From Lophium mytilinum (taxonomy: Eukaryota): a stretch of 64,000 bases of DNA. Of the stretch, positions 45,135 through 57,761 are shown piece by piece; within the stretch, counting starts at the first letter, position 1, and each line of letters starts with the position of its first letter. The stretch covers positions 575,765 through 639,764 of the forward strand of contig MU004186.1 of the NCBI GenBank assembly GCA_010093605.1. Reading direction: 5' to 3'. The position numbers and the translations under genes are program-made. The notes below the pieces were generated by a model. That model had not been told where the DNA came from. It did no database searches and saw only the letters and a program-made list of their open reading frames with translations.

Positions 45135-47306
45135 ATGGCCCCAGATCCACAACCCCCGGCAGATCTGCCCGTCGACATGGAAATCTTGGCGTCTGAGGAG
45201 GAGAACGAGTCCTCTGGAGCCGAGGTGGACGATGCAGCCGAGTTGATGGTGACGACGCGGACACGCCGATCAAACGCTGGCAACCGCATGAAGACCCTCA
45301 TTGACCAGGAAACAGTCGACGAAGAGCGACAGCAGTGGGGCGAGGACTGGGAGGAAGCTTCTGACGAAGAGGAGTTTGTGGGTAATGAAGGGGACGACCA
45401 GGGCGACTTCAATATGGAGTCGTCCTCCAGCGAGGATGAGGACGGCGGTGATGACGACGATACCGGCGAGAAAGAGCTGCGGAAGGCGGAGAGACAGGAG
45501 CGGAACAAGAAGCGCAAGAACGGCACTAACGTATTTGCGGTCGGCGTTGCTGCTGCCGCGAAGAAGAAAGCCAAGCTCAATGGCCCAACCACCGAGACCA
45601 CGCCCGCACCCGGGCCAAAGAAGAGAATATACACACAGAACATTCCCGCAACTGATGATGGACCAGCTCGCCAGTCTTCCCGCCGACTCACCATGGCGAA
45701 CAAGGAAGAGACGACGAGGAGGCTGAAGAAGGCGGAGGCGCACCGGAAGAAGACACTGGCTCAGATGAAAGCGGCCGAGGAGCGGAAGGAAAAGGAAAAG
45801 CCAAAGGCCATGACCCAGGAAGAGAGGCTAGCCGATGCCGCCAGGGTCGAAAAACAGAACAGCAAGAGTCTGCACAGGTGGGAGGAGGCCGAGGAGAGAA
45901 GGGCTGCCGATCGTCAGGCCAAGCTGGAAGCGCTCAAGAGCAGGGAGCTGGAGGGACCATTCATCCGGCATTATAGCGGCCCTGCCATATGGATCGATAA
46001 CAAACTCAAATATGCCGGCAAAGACGCCCCCAAGGTCGAGGAGCTGGAGGAGAAGCTGAACAGTCTCGCCGCCAGGACCAAAGAAGCCAAGAGAATCCAA
46101 GACGCTGCCGTTGCCAAAGCACTGGACGCAGCGAGGGCACAGGAAGCTGCAAGGCTACAGGAGTTAGCAAGGGTACAGGAAGCGGCAAGGGCACAGGAAG
46201 CAGAAAAGGCGCGAGATGCTGAAGAGGCTCAGGAAGCGGCAAAGGCACAGGAAGCGGAAAAGGCACAGGAAGCAGTAGGAGCACAGAACGATTCCAATGC
46301 CGAGCAGACTACGGACGGTCAAGCCCCCAATACTCAAAACGCCACAGTTACGACGAATGCAGAATCGAGCACGAAGCCCGAGCCCACAGGAACACCCTCA
46401 GCTCAGGAGCCTTCAGCATCATTAGACACGATACCTGGACCTCAGCAGTCTGAGCAAGCTCCCACCACTCCTACTCCCCAAGGCCAACCACCTGCGACTA
46501 CGACTGCTCCTCAGCCACTCGAATACCCCAACTCCATCATGTTCGCCCCTCCCCATAACCAAAATAGCTTCCTCTTCGGCATCGAGCACTGGGCCTCCCT
46601 CTCCGACCCCTCCAATCTCCCCTTCGGCTCCGCAAGCCTCCCTCCCCACCCACAACCCCAACTACACCCTCAGCCACCGGAACCCCTCGCCACTCTTCCT
46701 CACCCCCCTCCATCCTTCGCACCACCCCCACCCCCTCCACCCCCCGCCCCTATCCCCAAGAAAACCATCGACCTCGCCCTCCGCTCCCTCATCACCCTCA
46801 ACGCCTTCTCCACCCTCGAAGACCTCCCCCCCTACCACCCCCACCCGCGCACCTCCACCACCACAGCCAAGAAAAACCCCGCCGCCCTCGCCGCCCTCAC
46901 CAACCCCCTCTTCGCCTGGTCCCCCGCCGACGCCCTCTCCTTCGCCTCCATCCAACCCAGCCACTACAAGACGAAGCACAGCGCGCTGCCGGTGCCGGAG
47001 CAGCTGAAGTGCGTCATCACGGGCCTGCCGGCGTGGTATCGCGATCCCGGTACCGGGCTGGGGTATCGGGACTCGTATGCGTTTAAGTGCGTGAAGCGGG
47101 TTGTCGCGGGCGGGGTTAGGTGGAGTGGGAGCTTAGGGTGCTATGTTGGGCCGGTGTATGCGAGGGATGGGGCGGGGGCGAGGCCGGCGAGGGGAGTGCC
47201 GGCGAGGTTTTTGGGAATACGGAACGGAGATGAGGGAAAGGGGGATGCGGTTAAGAGTGTGGAGGCGAAGGTTGAGGCGGGGGGAGATGTGGAGATGAGT
47301 GGTTGA
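45135..47306 (+). CDS. VPS72: SWR1 complex subunit Vps72/Swc2/YL1
   Basis: RRSNAGNRMKTLI, MTQEERL..E..N..SL, C-terminal CVITGLPAWYRDPGTG. Confidence 0.9.
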   Translation: MAPDPQPPADLPVDMEILASEEENESSGAEVDDAAELMVTTRTRRSNAGNRMKTLIDQETVDEERQQWGEDWEEASDEEEFVGNEGDDQGDFNMESSSSEDEDGGDDDDTGEKELRKAERQERNKKRKNGTNVFAVGVAAAAKKKAKLNGPTTETTPAPGPKKRIYTQNIPATDDGPARQSSRRLTMANKEETTRRLKKAEAHRKKTLAQMKAAEERKEKEKPKAMTQEERLADAARVEKQNSKSLHRWEEAEERRAADRQAKLEALKSRELEGPFIRHYSGPAIWIDNKLKYAGKDAPKVEELEEKLNSLAARTKEAKRIQDAAVAKALDAARAQEAARLQELARVQEAARAQEAEKARDAEEAQEAAKAQEAEKAQEAVGAQNDSNAEQTTDGQAPNTQNATVTTNAESSTKPEPTGTPSAQEPSASLDTIPGPQQSEQAPTTPTPQGQPPATTTAPQPLEYPNSIMFAPPHNQNSFLFGIEHWASLSDPSNLPFGSASLPPHPQPQLHPQPPEPLATLPHPPPSFAPPPPPPPPAPIPKKTIDLALRSLITLNAFSTLEDLPPYHPHPRTSTTTAKKNPAALAALTNPLFAWSPADALSFASIQPSHYKTKHSALPVPEQLKCVITGLPAWYRDPGTGLGYRDSYAFKCVKRVVAGGVRWSGSLGCYVGPVYARDGAGARPARGVPARFLGIRNGDEGKGDAVKSVEAKVEAGGDVEMSG
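46125..46280 (+). repeat. 18-bp coding tandem repeat (AQEAxK/R) in VPS72
   Basis: RAQEAARLQELARVQEAARAQEAEKARDAEEAQEAAKAQEAEKAQEA. Confidence 0.8.
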
Positions 47307-48241
47307 GGAAGGGTTGGAGGAGTTTTATGGGCTGGTGGTTATGGGGTTTTGGGCTTGGGATGGTATGGGATGGTATTGCATGGGTTATGGCGATGGTGTT
47401 ATGATCCTTTTGTTATGGGCTACTGGTGTAGCTTATTTGCATAGCAGGGAACGGAAAACTCGGTGATCGCCGACTTGCTGGATGCAATCGGACTCCTCTA
47501 CTCTGGGGCATTAGCAGTAGAATTATGCACCGGCAGTAGATTAGGTAGACTCTTAAACACAAACTTTGAAGTGTCCAGCTTGATCATATCCAAATTCCCA
47601 TATTGCGAGGCCGTGGTGCGACATCAAGACGTGTATAGCGTCATGCAGACGGAAACGGACTTTGTCGAGAGTGTTAGCGTGAGAGGGCAAACTATGTTGT
47701 AGTCCAAAGGCGTTGCTAAAGGGAGATCAGTTGCGTCTGTCATAGGGTATAGGGGCACGGTGTTTCCTTTCCTTGCCGATAGAACTGGAACCTAGCTCTT
47801 GGAGGCGGTAGGTCTTCTAAGTTTTCGGGTTTGACCTGGATGTGAAGGAGGGGCTCAAGGGAGGTTCAAGGGGTGATTGTTTTCCTGCGTCGCGTAGGCG
47901 TGGAGCTAGACGTCGCATTTGTAGCCTTGAAACGGTACTGATATACTCAAGCACTCAAAACAAGCCAGGAAAGACACCAAGCATCGCAAGTCAACGGTGC
48001 AATCTCGAAAGAAGTGTCCGTTTAATGCTATGCAAAGGCCGGGATCAGTAGACAAATGAAGCACGAACGCCATCCATCTTGCCTCGCCACCCACACCATT
48101 GCCACGGCAGAAGAGCTTTTTGGCGTACGGTGATGTACAAAATGCCCGATATTCCGCGTCCCGTCCCGCCGTCGTGGCCGCATCTCCGCCACAAATCTCC
48201 AAGAAAGACCGCCGCCACTACCACCGTCATCAGCCAGCCGC

Positions 48242-48796
48242 TTATTTCTTGTCCTTCTTCGATGCGCCCTTCGTCTTGGCCGTGCCCCGCATTGTCTTGC
48301 CCCTGTTCTTGCGCTGCTTGCCTGTTTGTCGAGATAGCCGTTAGCGTATGCCCAATATCCATTGTCTGGCCCAAACTCATCCCCGGTGTGGTGAGACGTA
48401 CGTTGCTGCCTGCTAGCCTTCTCGATCTTGTTCGCCATGCCGACGCGCACCAGTCTGTAGTGGGGCTCGAACTTCTTCATCGCCTCGTTGCTCTCGTAGA
48501 TGAGGGCGAAGCCGGTGCTCTTTCCGCCACCAAACTGCGTCCGGAAGCCGAAGACAGAGATCTCGTCCTTCTTGGCCTTGTAGAGCTCGGCGAGCTTGGT
48601 GCGGAGCTCGTCCTTGGAGACATTGGCGCGGTTGGGGTGGAGCACGTCGCTGATATAACGCATTAGACTTAGTTCCTACGGTTTCGATTCATCATCTAGA
48701 TTTTGTCCAAAGCACTTACACAACCATCTGGCGGCGGCCGAGGAGCGGGTTTCGAATGAACTTGCGCGTGCGCAGAGTCACTTGGGAGTCGGACAT
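48242..48796 (-). CDS. RPS24: 40S ribosomal protein S24/eS24 (introns 48650-48719, 48322-48401)
   Basis: [54 protein letters not shown]. Confidence 0.98.
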
Positions 48797-49189
48797 GATG
48801 GGCGAAAGAGAGTGAGACTCGCTGGCCAAGTTGTTAGTACTGGGGTCCTGCAGGCTTGTATGGCGGTGCGGGCGGGCCAAACGTACGGAGAGATGCTCAA
48901 TGGATTGTCGTACCTGTATCCTTCTCTCTGCTGGGTGGAGAGATGGGGTTGTCGTGGAGCAGCGAGGCGTCGTCGGTGGGGGTTGCAGTTCGATGAGGTG
49001 CCTCTGTGAAATTCGTTCGAGAGTCTTGGCAGTGGGCGGGCTCGCTAAAGAAATAGGTAGCGTGCCCGCATGGACTTCACGCCAAACATTGCGCCCCGCA
49101 GCAACACCCGAAAAACACCACACACCCAACGAACCCACCCATTGGAATACCAACACAACCCCATCATAATAGCCACAAACACTGGGCGC

Positions 49190-49915
49190 AATTAACTCGC
49201 CATGGCCTACCGAGCAGAAATATTACTTTAGCAAAAGTCTCCGGACGCGTTTAAAGCGTTATTCGCGAGGCTAGCCAAGGGGAGCTAAATTCCTTGCGCC
49301 CGTACACACCCGCCCCCTTTCGCAAGATTATAAAACCACATTATTATAAACACCATAGCCACATTAGAACTAAGGATCTAATGCTAGAAAGCTGCAGAGG
49401 CGCTTACACTAGTAACTGCTAGTAGTTAGCCTTTATTAACTACAGTCGGTCGGACACCGCTACTAGGGGCTGGGAGTTAGAGGTCTGCAATAGAACAGCA
49501 TTAGTAGAACTAGCACTTCTATCTAGCAGGAATAGAAGGAGAGGCCGCCTTAGCGTAAGATATTAATAATCCGATACAACTATAAGGACACCTGCTAGCT
49601 AACTATACCTAGGTATCTTTAGTAACTTAGCGCCAAAAGCACCATTAAATACTGCTAAGGGACTGTTGTACCTAGAATGCAGGTAGGCGCTCTAGCTCTA
49701 AATTAGGGCCCTACGGGCACTAAGGAATCACCACATCTATCTATAACGGGCGGGCAGAGGAAGGAACGGGCATATACTAGTGGCAGGCACTTTTCCCTTA
49801 GGATACTAAGGTTTTTCCCTATTTACTATTCTTGTATTAGTCTATTATAGATAGGTAGAACCTACTCCTAGGGGTTTTAGACCCCCCAGGCGGTTGGAGA
49901 GAAATCTCTAGCTAG
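49190..49915. mobile_element. RIP-like degraded repeat or transposon relic
   Basis: Marked TpA/TAG excess, CpA/TpG depletion and no long ORF; no identifiable domain. Confidence 0.55.
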
Positions 49916-50033
49916 GATGACTACGCGGCGTGCGCCCTTGGCGCTCTACACCCGCAATATGAATGAACCAACCAACCAACCAACCAACCACGCAGCAACA
50001 CCACCACGAGGGCATCGCGAGATTCATCACGTT

Positions 50034-51370
50034 ATGGCATCATCGGTTTCGCAGCAAGGGCAGCTGGATCTGTTACGACGCGAGTATCTGCAGTTGGTCG
50101 AGATCGAGCACATTAGATGGCCAGATGCTGCGCTTCTCAAGACTGCTGATACGCAAGCGTGGATCTACGAAAAGCTCATTGATCGGGACATGTTGCAGTC
50201 ACCGCCACCGGACCGATATCAGGTCCGATTCTTGAAGAGCCTTGTGAGCAAGATTGAGTCCGCGATTGAGGATCCTGAGGAGGAAGTACGCCATTACCTT
50301 CATTTTCTTTCTGCATTCTCATACCCCATCTCATTGCACGTCTTAGAACATATATGCAGATATATCTTTTTCAATATGTACATACTGATGATCTATTTCA
50401 TCGAGTGCCAATAGGAGATTTCAGAAGACCTGATATTTCGTCTATCTACTCTTCTCAGTTCGAAGCTTCCCTCAGACGCTTTCGCAGCTCAACAGCGCGT
50501 GTTCGTGACGTACGCATTCCCGAACAATCCGAGTAGTAATGAAGTGCCGGACGAGCGGACAGTGACCATTCTTGAATCTCGCTCAGTTCTTGCTTCTGCT
50601 GGAAGCACCGGACTGCGAACTTGGGAATCTGGTCTTCATTTGGGAAAATTTCTTAGTACGGCTGAGGGCATTGCAACAGTCCGGGGCAAAAATGTCCTTG
50701 AACTAGGCGCAGGAACAGGTCTACTATCCATCTTATGCGCCAAACACCTGGGGGCGTCTCGGGTGACAGCTACCGATGGCGACGAAGCCATCGTCGATTC
50801 GATGAGAGATAATGTTTTCATCAATGGAGTGGACGCTGGCGCGTCTTCCACATCTGTGGAGTGCGCGGCTCTTAAATGGGGCTTCCCTACCGATGCAACA
50901 GCGTTTGAAGAAGACTACGGACTCGGCAAACTGGATGTCGTACTAGCTGCAGATGTCGTAAGGCTTCCCCACAGTATTAAACCTGCTCAAAGAGCGAAAC
51001 GTTGAGCAAACTCTCCAGACTTACGACAAGAGACTCCATTTGCCACTGGTCTCCACATTGAGCGAATTGTTCGACATCAGGCCGTCTCTACAGGTGCTCA
51101 TTGCCGCAGCTGTACGCAACGAGCAAACGTTCGAGGCCTTTGTCAACGCATGCAGTGGGTCTCACCGTTTCGCCACAAAGGGGATCGTATTTTTACACAT
51201 GTGCTCAACTTACTGGTTTTGTGGCAGAACGGAACAATCTCGGCCTTGCAGACAACGACTTTGAAATGGTGCCAATCGAGTTGCAGGATGGGCCCTTCTA
51301 TTCGGCAGCTCCCATTCGGATCTTGACTATCACTCGCTCCCAGGAACGGGGAGACCCTTTCAAATTCTAG
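50034..51370 (+). CDS. EFM3: eEF2 lysine methyltransferase Efm3/FAM86A-like (introns 50286-50414, 50958-51018, 51155-51227)
   Basis: FAM86-like N-terminus (RREYLQL..YQVRFLKSL), GSTGLRTWE, VLELGAGTGL, ATDG, AADVTYD. Confidence 0.85.
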
Positions 51371-52941
51371 GTGACTGATGCAGCGCCTGCAGGCTTTGCT
51401 GTCCGTTCTGCAAGCGGTAATCCGGTAATTGGAGATTCAGCCTATCAAGTTGCGCTTTGAGGGCATGGATTGCATAAATTGCAGCAGAGAAAGAGAATGG
51501 CGTGAAGCGTGCCGGAGTTGTTGGTTGGTGGTGACTCCAAAGCAAGCTGGAAACAAACACGTAGGTCGGTCAGAAAATTCCAACCGACTGGTTTCTTCAA
51601 ACCGGTGCTCGACTGATGGCCGCTTCCCCGCTTGTGTTACTTCAGACCGATGGAAAATCTCTGAAGCTCCAATTTTTTGAAACAAAGCGACTCAATACAG
51701 TACCGAAATAGCACGACTGGGTAATACAATGCTATCACGGCATTCATATGAAAGCTTACCCGGACGACGCGTACGGTCTGATGCACACAGTGGTTATTGC
51801 GGTACCCTAACGAACCATCTCGGTACCGTCACGAACCAACTGCCAACGCGTGGACCTTGTTCAACGTATGGTCCCGTGGGATAGTGAGGCCGGTGATTCG
51901 TTGGAGGAAACCACACGCTCCGCTTATGCACAACACCATGCTGGCCGGCACGTCCAGCTTCGAGGGGTTGGCTGCTTTCATGAGAGCTGGTGCGCCGGCT
52001 GAATCGACGACTGGTCCTGCTGCTGCGTGTGGGAAGGGGTCTGATGGGGCTTCTGTGGATAGTGCGGGTGGGGTTGTGCCCTTATGGAAGTCCGCTATTC
52101 GGCGATGGTGTGCTCGATGATAATGATGGCTCCATTATCCTCGCCATCGTCTCGTCAACCAAGAAGCGACCGGGCTCGAGCTTATCGTGACTGTATGCAT
52201 ATTGCACAGTCCCCTCACTTGTTATATAGAGCCGACCCCTCGCTCCCGGTCTCCCATATCCACGCACACATCATCCGCGCCCGATACATACACATACGTC
52301 CGACCTCGCTGCCGTCCATCGCTCTCCCAGCACCCAGCACCCAGCTCTCTCAGCACCTACCCAGCCCCAGCCAGCCCTAGCTGACACGGCATCCTATTCT
52401 CTAGCGCTGCCCGACAGCCGTCGCAAGCCGCTCTAAGGAGGCCCTCGGCTCTTCCAGCATCGCCAAAGCTTAAAGCTTATCAGGTCGGGATCGTCATCGG
52501 CTTGGTGGAAGAGAGTGTTGCACCAGATATCCAGTGCGAAGTGAGTGCATTCCGCGGTCGCACCCCCCGCCGTAGCCATCGGTTTCCCCCGAGTCTTTCC
52601 TCGCTGCTGCACGTCGTCGAACGCGGGCCGTCAGGCTTCGATGACCAGGCGTTATTCGGCGACGGCGGCCTCTCTTCTGTGCGCCGTTCCTGGCTAAATT
52701 CTTGCTGCAGGGGATCACGATAAGGACTCGAACAAAGCCGGTCTACGCCCTGCCACCACCCGCCACCATTGTAGTGCCATATCAGCACATCAGCACTTCT
52801 CCTGCGGCTGTGTCACCGCCTCTCCCCCGGCGTCAGTCCTTGCTGGCAGCATCGTTGCTCGCTGCTTCTGATACGGCGTACGCGACTCACCCAGTCCAAC
52901 CGCACCCAATCCTATAAACCTCTCACCGTCTTTCCAATCCA

Positions 52942-53972
52942 ATGGCGACTCAGCACCGCTCCGCCCACCACCCTAAAAAGCAGCTGCCGGCCCATGCCCG
53001 CCCCTCGAAACCGGCCCCTCTCTCTAAACGCTCCCATTCGTACGGCGGCCATAAAGGCGGGCGCAAGGCCGACCACCACAAGGAGGAGGACACTGAGGAC
53101 GAGGAAGTGATGGCATCGAGTTTTTTGCAGTACTGGTAAGTGAGGACTCAATCGATGCCGAAGTGACTCATGCTGATATCTTTTCGTAGCACGACTTGCG
53201 AAAAGCAGATTATTGTCCCCAATAATTTAGTGCTATATTGCTCGGAGAGGTATGATAGGCCAAATATTCCCTCGATTACACAATTTACTGACCCATACTT
53301 TGCTGTAGCTGTAGGAAAAAGGACAACGAGAAAGTCGTGTCGTATTCGATAGACTACTCGCCTCCACCGACGCCCTACTCCCAATTCTCATTCGACGACT
53401 TCCCCACCCGAGACATCGTCGCACCGCGCTCCCCGACGGCGCCCCACTCGCAGCGCTCCTCGATCGCCTTCTCAGAACTCTCGTCCGACGACAATGCCAA
53501 CTCGGGCGACGAAAAGTTGCGACAGGACTCGGAGGCGTCGCGGTACCTACGCCAATTCCAGTCTGCAGCCGCCAAAACAGAGACAAGCGCGACGCGTCCG
53601 ACCCGCCCCCGCTACAACCGGGCCTCCACTTCCCACGCCACGATGAGCGCGGCGCCCTCGTTGTCGCACACGCCCGCTTCGTCGGCGAGCATGTCGATGC
53701 CGTACACCCCCTCGAACCGGCCCCTGCCACCCCGCAACAACCCACATAGCTCGTCGTACAAGGGCTATGGCTCTCGCTCTATCGATCTGGTCATGCCATT
53801 CACCACGGGCGCCACGGCGCCGTCTAGTCTCAATTACTCGCTCAAGAGCGCCGCGAGTTCCCGGACGGAACTGGGCGTCGTCGAGGGCGAGATCCGGTAT
53901 GAGAAGGTGGCGAGGATACCGTCGGTGTCGCCGGCGAATGGAAGCTTGAAACAGCTGTTTTCGTCGAGGTGA
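52942..53972 (+). CDS. ecl1: Ecl1-family life-span regulatory factor (introns 53136-53189, 53250-53308)
   Basis: Spliced FLQYCTTCEKQI..LYCSESCRKKD four-Cys motif followed by S/P-rich tail. Confidence 0.85.
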
Positions 53973-54822
53973 AGGGGGGCGTCGTCGTGGGACTTCTCTT
54001 CCTTCTTCGGACATATTTTGTGGATTTTTTTTGATTGGCGTTCATATAGATGGCTTGATCGGTCAGAGGGTGGCTAGCTATGTAGCATTGATTGCTGCAA
54101 GTGTCTAAAAGTGTGGCGTTCTTACAACCATGAGGTCTCGGAGACTGAGGTTGTGCTTTATTTTACTGCAATATACCAGAAGGCGGAATGCCGTTGCATA
54201 GATTGGGTCTCCAATAGAGGCGAGGAGAGGATCTATCTAATGAAGAAGTATTACTCTAGCTGATGATGGGATCAGGCCGCTGAGAGGTGTTTGCATCGTG
54301 GTGATCGAATTTGATACAGCGCCTGTCACCTCCGATACACCCCAGCAAGCTTAATTCCAACGTCGCACTACCACTTTCCATCTCATGTCCTTCGACACTT
54401 TTCCTTCATTTTTATATTAGGAACCGTCTGGACTCGCTTTAGTCCCGACATAGATCTTGGCAATCGCGAAGAAACACCAAAGCATGAAGTCTGCTATCGT
54501 GCTAACTTATGCAAACAGTATCAGTCACATTATACAGTGCAATAATCATTAATCTGCCTCTTGTTTCTCTAACCGGAAGACTTCTCCAGCATCACCATAC
54601 GTCTATGTCGTATTCCTTTTCAGTCTCGTCGGCCTGCATATCTTCGTGAACGCGGATTGGTGGCCGCTCCAAGCTGCAGATTCAGCCTCGCAACCCAAGG
54701 CTGTATCTTCGGCGGGCGTCACAGGTGGGCTGTGCCGCGCAACACATCACTCTCCCTTATCATGTCCTCTCTGAATATCTTCTCTTCTCCTCTGTTAAAG
54801 GACTGTGCCAAAGCGATCACTC

Positions 54823-57627
54823 ATGGCCGACCCGATATCGATCTTCGGCGCTGCTGCAGGTGCCGTTCAAATCGCCGATACAGCGCTAAGGCTGAGCCGA
54901 AAGGCTTATGGCTTTCTCTGCGAGGTTAAGGATGCCAAAAAGGATATTGTTACATTGCGAGACGGTAAGCCGCCGATACCTGGATGTCTTTCCCCATGCT
55001 GACACGTTCAAAGCACTTCGAGACGCAGAGTCGAACGTTCGAAGCCTCCGAAACTACATTGACGAGTTCGCCAGATCCAGGAACGCAACTGTTGAATTTG
55101 AAGTTCTTCCATCGACTATTACGGAGTCTATTCAAGGCTTTCGGGATGACCTTAACATCCTAGCGGCTATCTTACCTGTAGACTTGTCCCCGAATCTAGC
55201 CAAGAAGATCAAGTGGGTCTTCGACAAAAAGAAAATCAAAGATGTAACTAAAAGGCTTGATCGCCGCAAGATTGACGTGATACAAATCACCAATAGTGTT
55301 GGAATGTGAGAGATGCGCTTCCCGTTATCATGTTGCGCAGGTGTTAATCACTTCATAGCCTCCATCAACTCAAGACACGATCAGACAATCACAACACCCA
55401 TACTCTGCTACAAAGTACAAGACAAGTGGTCGATCAACAATCACTCAAGCAGGATCATACCTCTCGGGACTTATTAGACTACAGTAGGGCCACTAGGGAC
55501 TCTCATACTCAAATCTTGAGCAACCTGGACACTCAGCGCATTTCGCACGCAACTACGGCATCACAACAAGTCCTGCACCAAACGCAAACCACTCAAACTT
55601 TATCACACATCACGGATGATATCGGGGCCATCCAAGCTTCTCAAAATCAAATCTTAGGCAACCTATATGATCAGCGCGTTGCTCACGACAATGCAGCAGC
55701 ACAGCGATCACTTCGTCACACTCAAGTCATCCAGACTTTATCAAGAGTCACAAACGATACCGGACTCATTCGAGACTCTCAGTCTGAAATGTTGACCGCT
55801 ATAAAAGGAACGCACACTTCAGTCGATATAGGTACATCGCATCTCGCCCAAGGTCAGACACGGATACTGCACAGTATCGATGGTTTGCGCACACAACTCA
55901 ACCTTGCTGCTTCGTCGACAATTATCTCTGCCAGTAATGCGGATATGCTAGGGCGTACTTTCCGAGCTCAGCTGCGTAGCATCCTCCCGCCTCTCCTCGA
56001 ACAGAGCCAAGCTGAGGCTCAAATTCAAAACGAGGCACGTCTCCGCCGACTGGAGAGGATGATTGACGATATCAGCACTCAACTCTCTAGTGGTGCAGCG
56101 TCTGCGCATATTTTTCCATCAAATACATCACCTGTTCCCACTAGCGCTGGTGATGACCATATATTTCATAGATCACCACCACCGGATGAACATGTATTGT
56201 GGAGACAGCCTTCCGGTCCAACCCATGATGATACGGCTCCGTCCAATATAGCGTTACAAAGAACTACCTACACGATAAAGTATCAGACTTTCCGTCGTCG
56301 CTGGTACTTCGAATGGCTTATCGGCAACTTGGCCATCGAAATCGAAACAATCAGTCAAAGGCGAGCATATTCATCTAAAAGCTCAACAGACTTCAAAATC
56401 TCGATTCAATTCTGGCCATCGCAGGCACTCTTCGCCATGCCGGGAATTGCCATATTTTCCTCCTCGGTGCCGGATCAACGGGGATACTATCATGTGACTC
56501 CTTGTATGAAGACTTTCCCGATCATATCTTGGAATGCACCGATATGGGGCAGGATTCGCCATGGTGATATTCCAGGCATTCAGCAGCTTTTCGTGGATGG
56601 TATGGCAAGTCCGAGAGACCAAGATTCTGACGGGTGGACACTGCTACATATAGCCATTGCGCGTGGTAAATTCGACGTAGCTCAATACCTTCTTTCTGAA
56701 GGAGGTGATCCTACACAGAAAGCCTACGATGGGAACGACGCTTATGCGACACTTCACATCTTGAGATTTTTCAACAGCGACCCAATAAGGGGCCGCCTGC
56801 AGTTATCGGAAGACAGCGTAAACTCCACTATTGCGCTTTCGCAGGAGTTTGAACTTGCAGGCTGTGATTACGAGAACTGGGCTTCGAACGCAATTGGGCT
56901 TGGAATTTACAGTATACTTGAAGGAACATGTAAAGTTCCCGGCACAGCGTACAAGTCGTGGACCACTTCGTTGTTACAGAGGGGTTCGGACGTATTTGGA
57001 GCGTTTCTTGAAGAGACTCCTTTCAAACCCGATGCCCGCCACTTGGCACTTTTGAGAGTAATGTTGGAAGCTGGACTTGACCCAAACCAAACGGTGGGGG
57101 ATGCCAGCGAGCCTCTACTCATTGACTGTCTTTGGGACATGAGAAATGAAAAATGGAGAACGCAGAGGGAGGGCGAAGAGGAAAGTAGTGACGAAAATAG
57201 CGACACTGAAACGCAAAGCAGCGATGAAGAGACTGACGTGGAAACGTTTGATGAAGAGAAACTTCCACTGTGGTGTATGGTCGAGTTGCTCATCCGTGCC
57301 GGCGCCGACATCTATATCATTTACGGAGAACTTCCTCGGCGGTTCAGGAGGCTCGGGAATCATCAAGGCACAGCTTCACCGGAATATATTTGTACGCCGA
57401 CGACGTACGCGATTTGTTACAAAGTAGAGGAAGAGTGGTGCGAAGCTCTTAGAGCTTGTGATCTGGATCCGGATGAAGTGTACGAGGAAGACTACAGACG
57501 ACGTTCGCGATATGTTCGGCTTCACGGTGGCGACACTACGGGAGTTGATCTTAAGGAGCTTGATGTACCATCTAGATCTGGAATGAGGAAGAGAGCCAAC
57601 CGAGTCAGCAGCAATGACGATGTCTAA
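54823..57627 (+). CDS. Protein with fungal STAND-type N-terminal (HeLo-like) domain and ankyrin repeats, no NACHT/NB-ARC seen (introns 54965-55013, 55306-55358)
   Basis: MADPISIFGAAAGAVQI..VKDAKKDI..KIKWVFDKKKI; DSDGWTLLHIAIARGKFDVAQYLLSEGGDP; MVELLIRAGADI. Confidence 0.85.
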
Positions 57628-57761
57628 CTCATATTCGTACGGACGATGTTCGTTGTTCGTTCAGTTTTCGATTGAACATTCAGGAAGACTTGATCTTATC
57701 GTTTTCGCAGCACGAGCGATTTCCGTCCTTCTCATATCATCTTTTATGACACATTTCTCCT

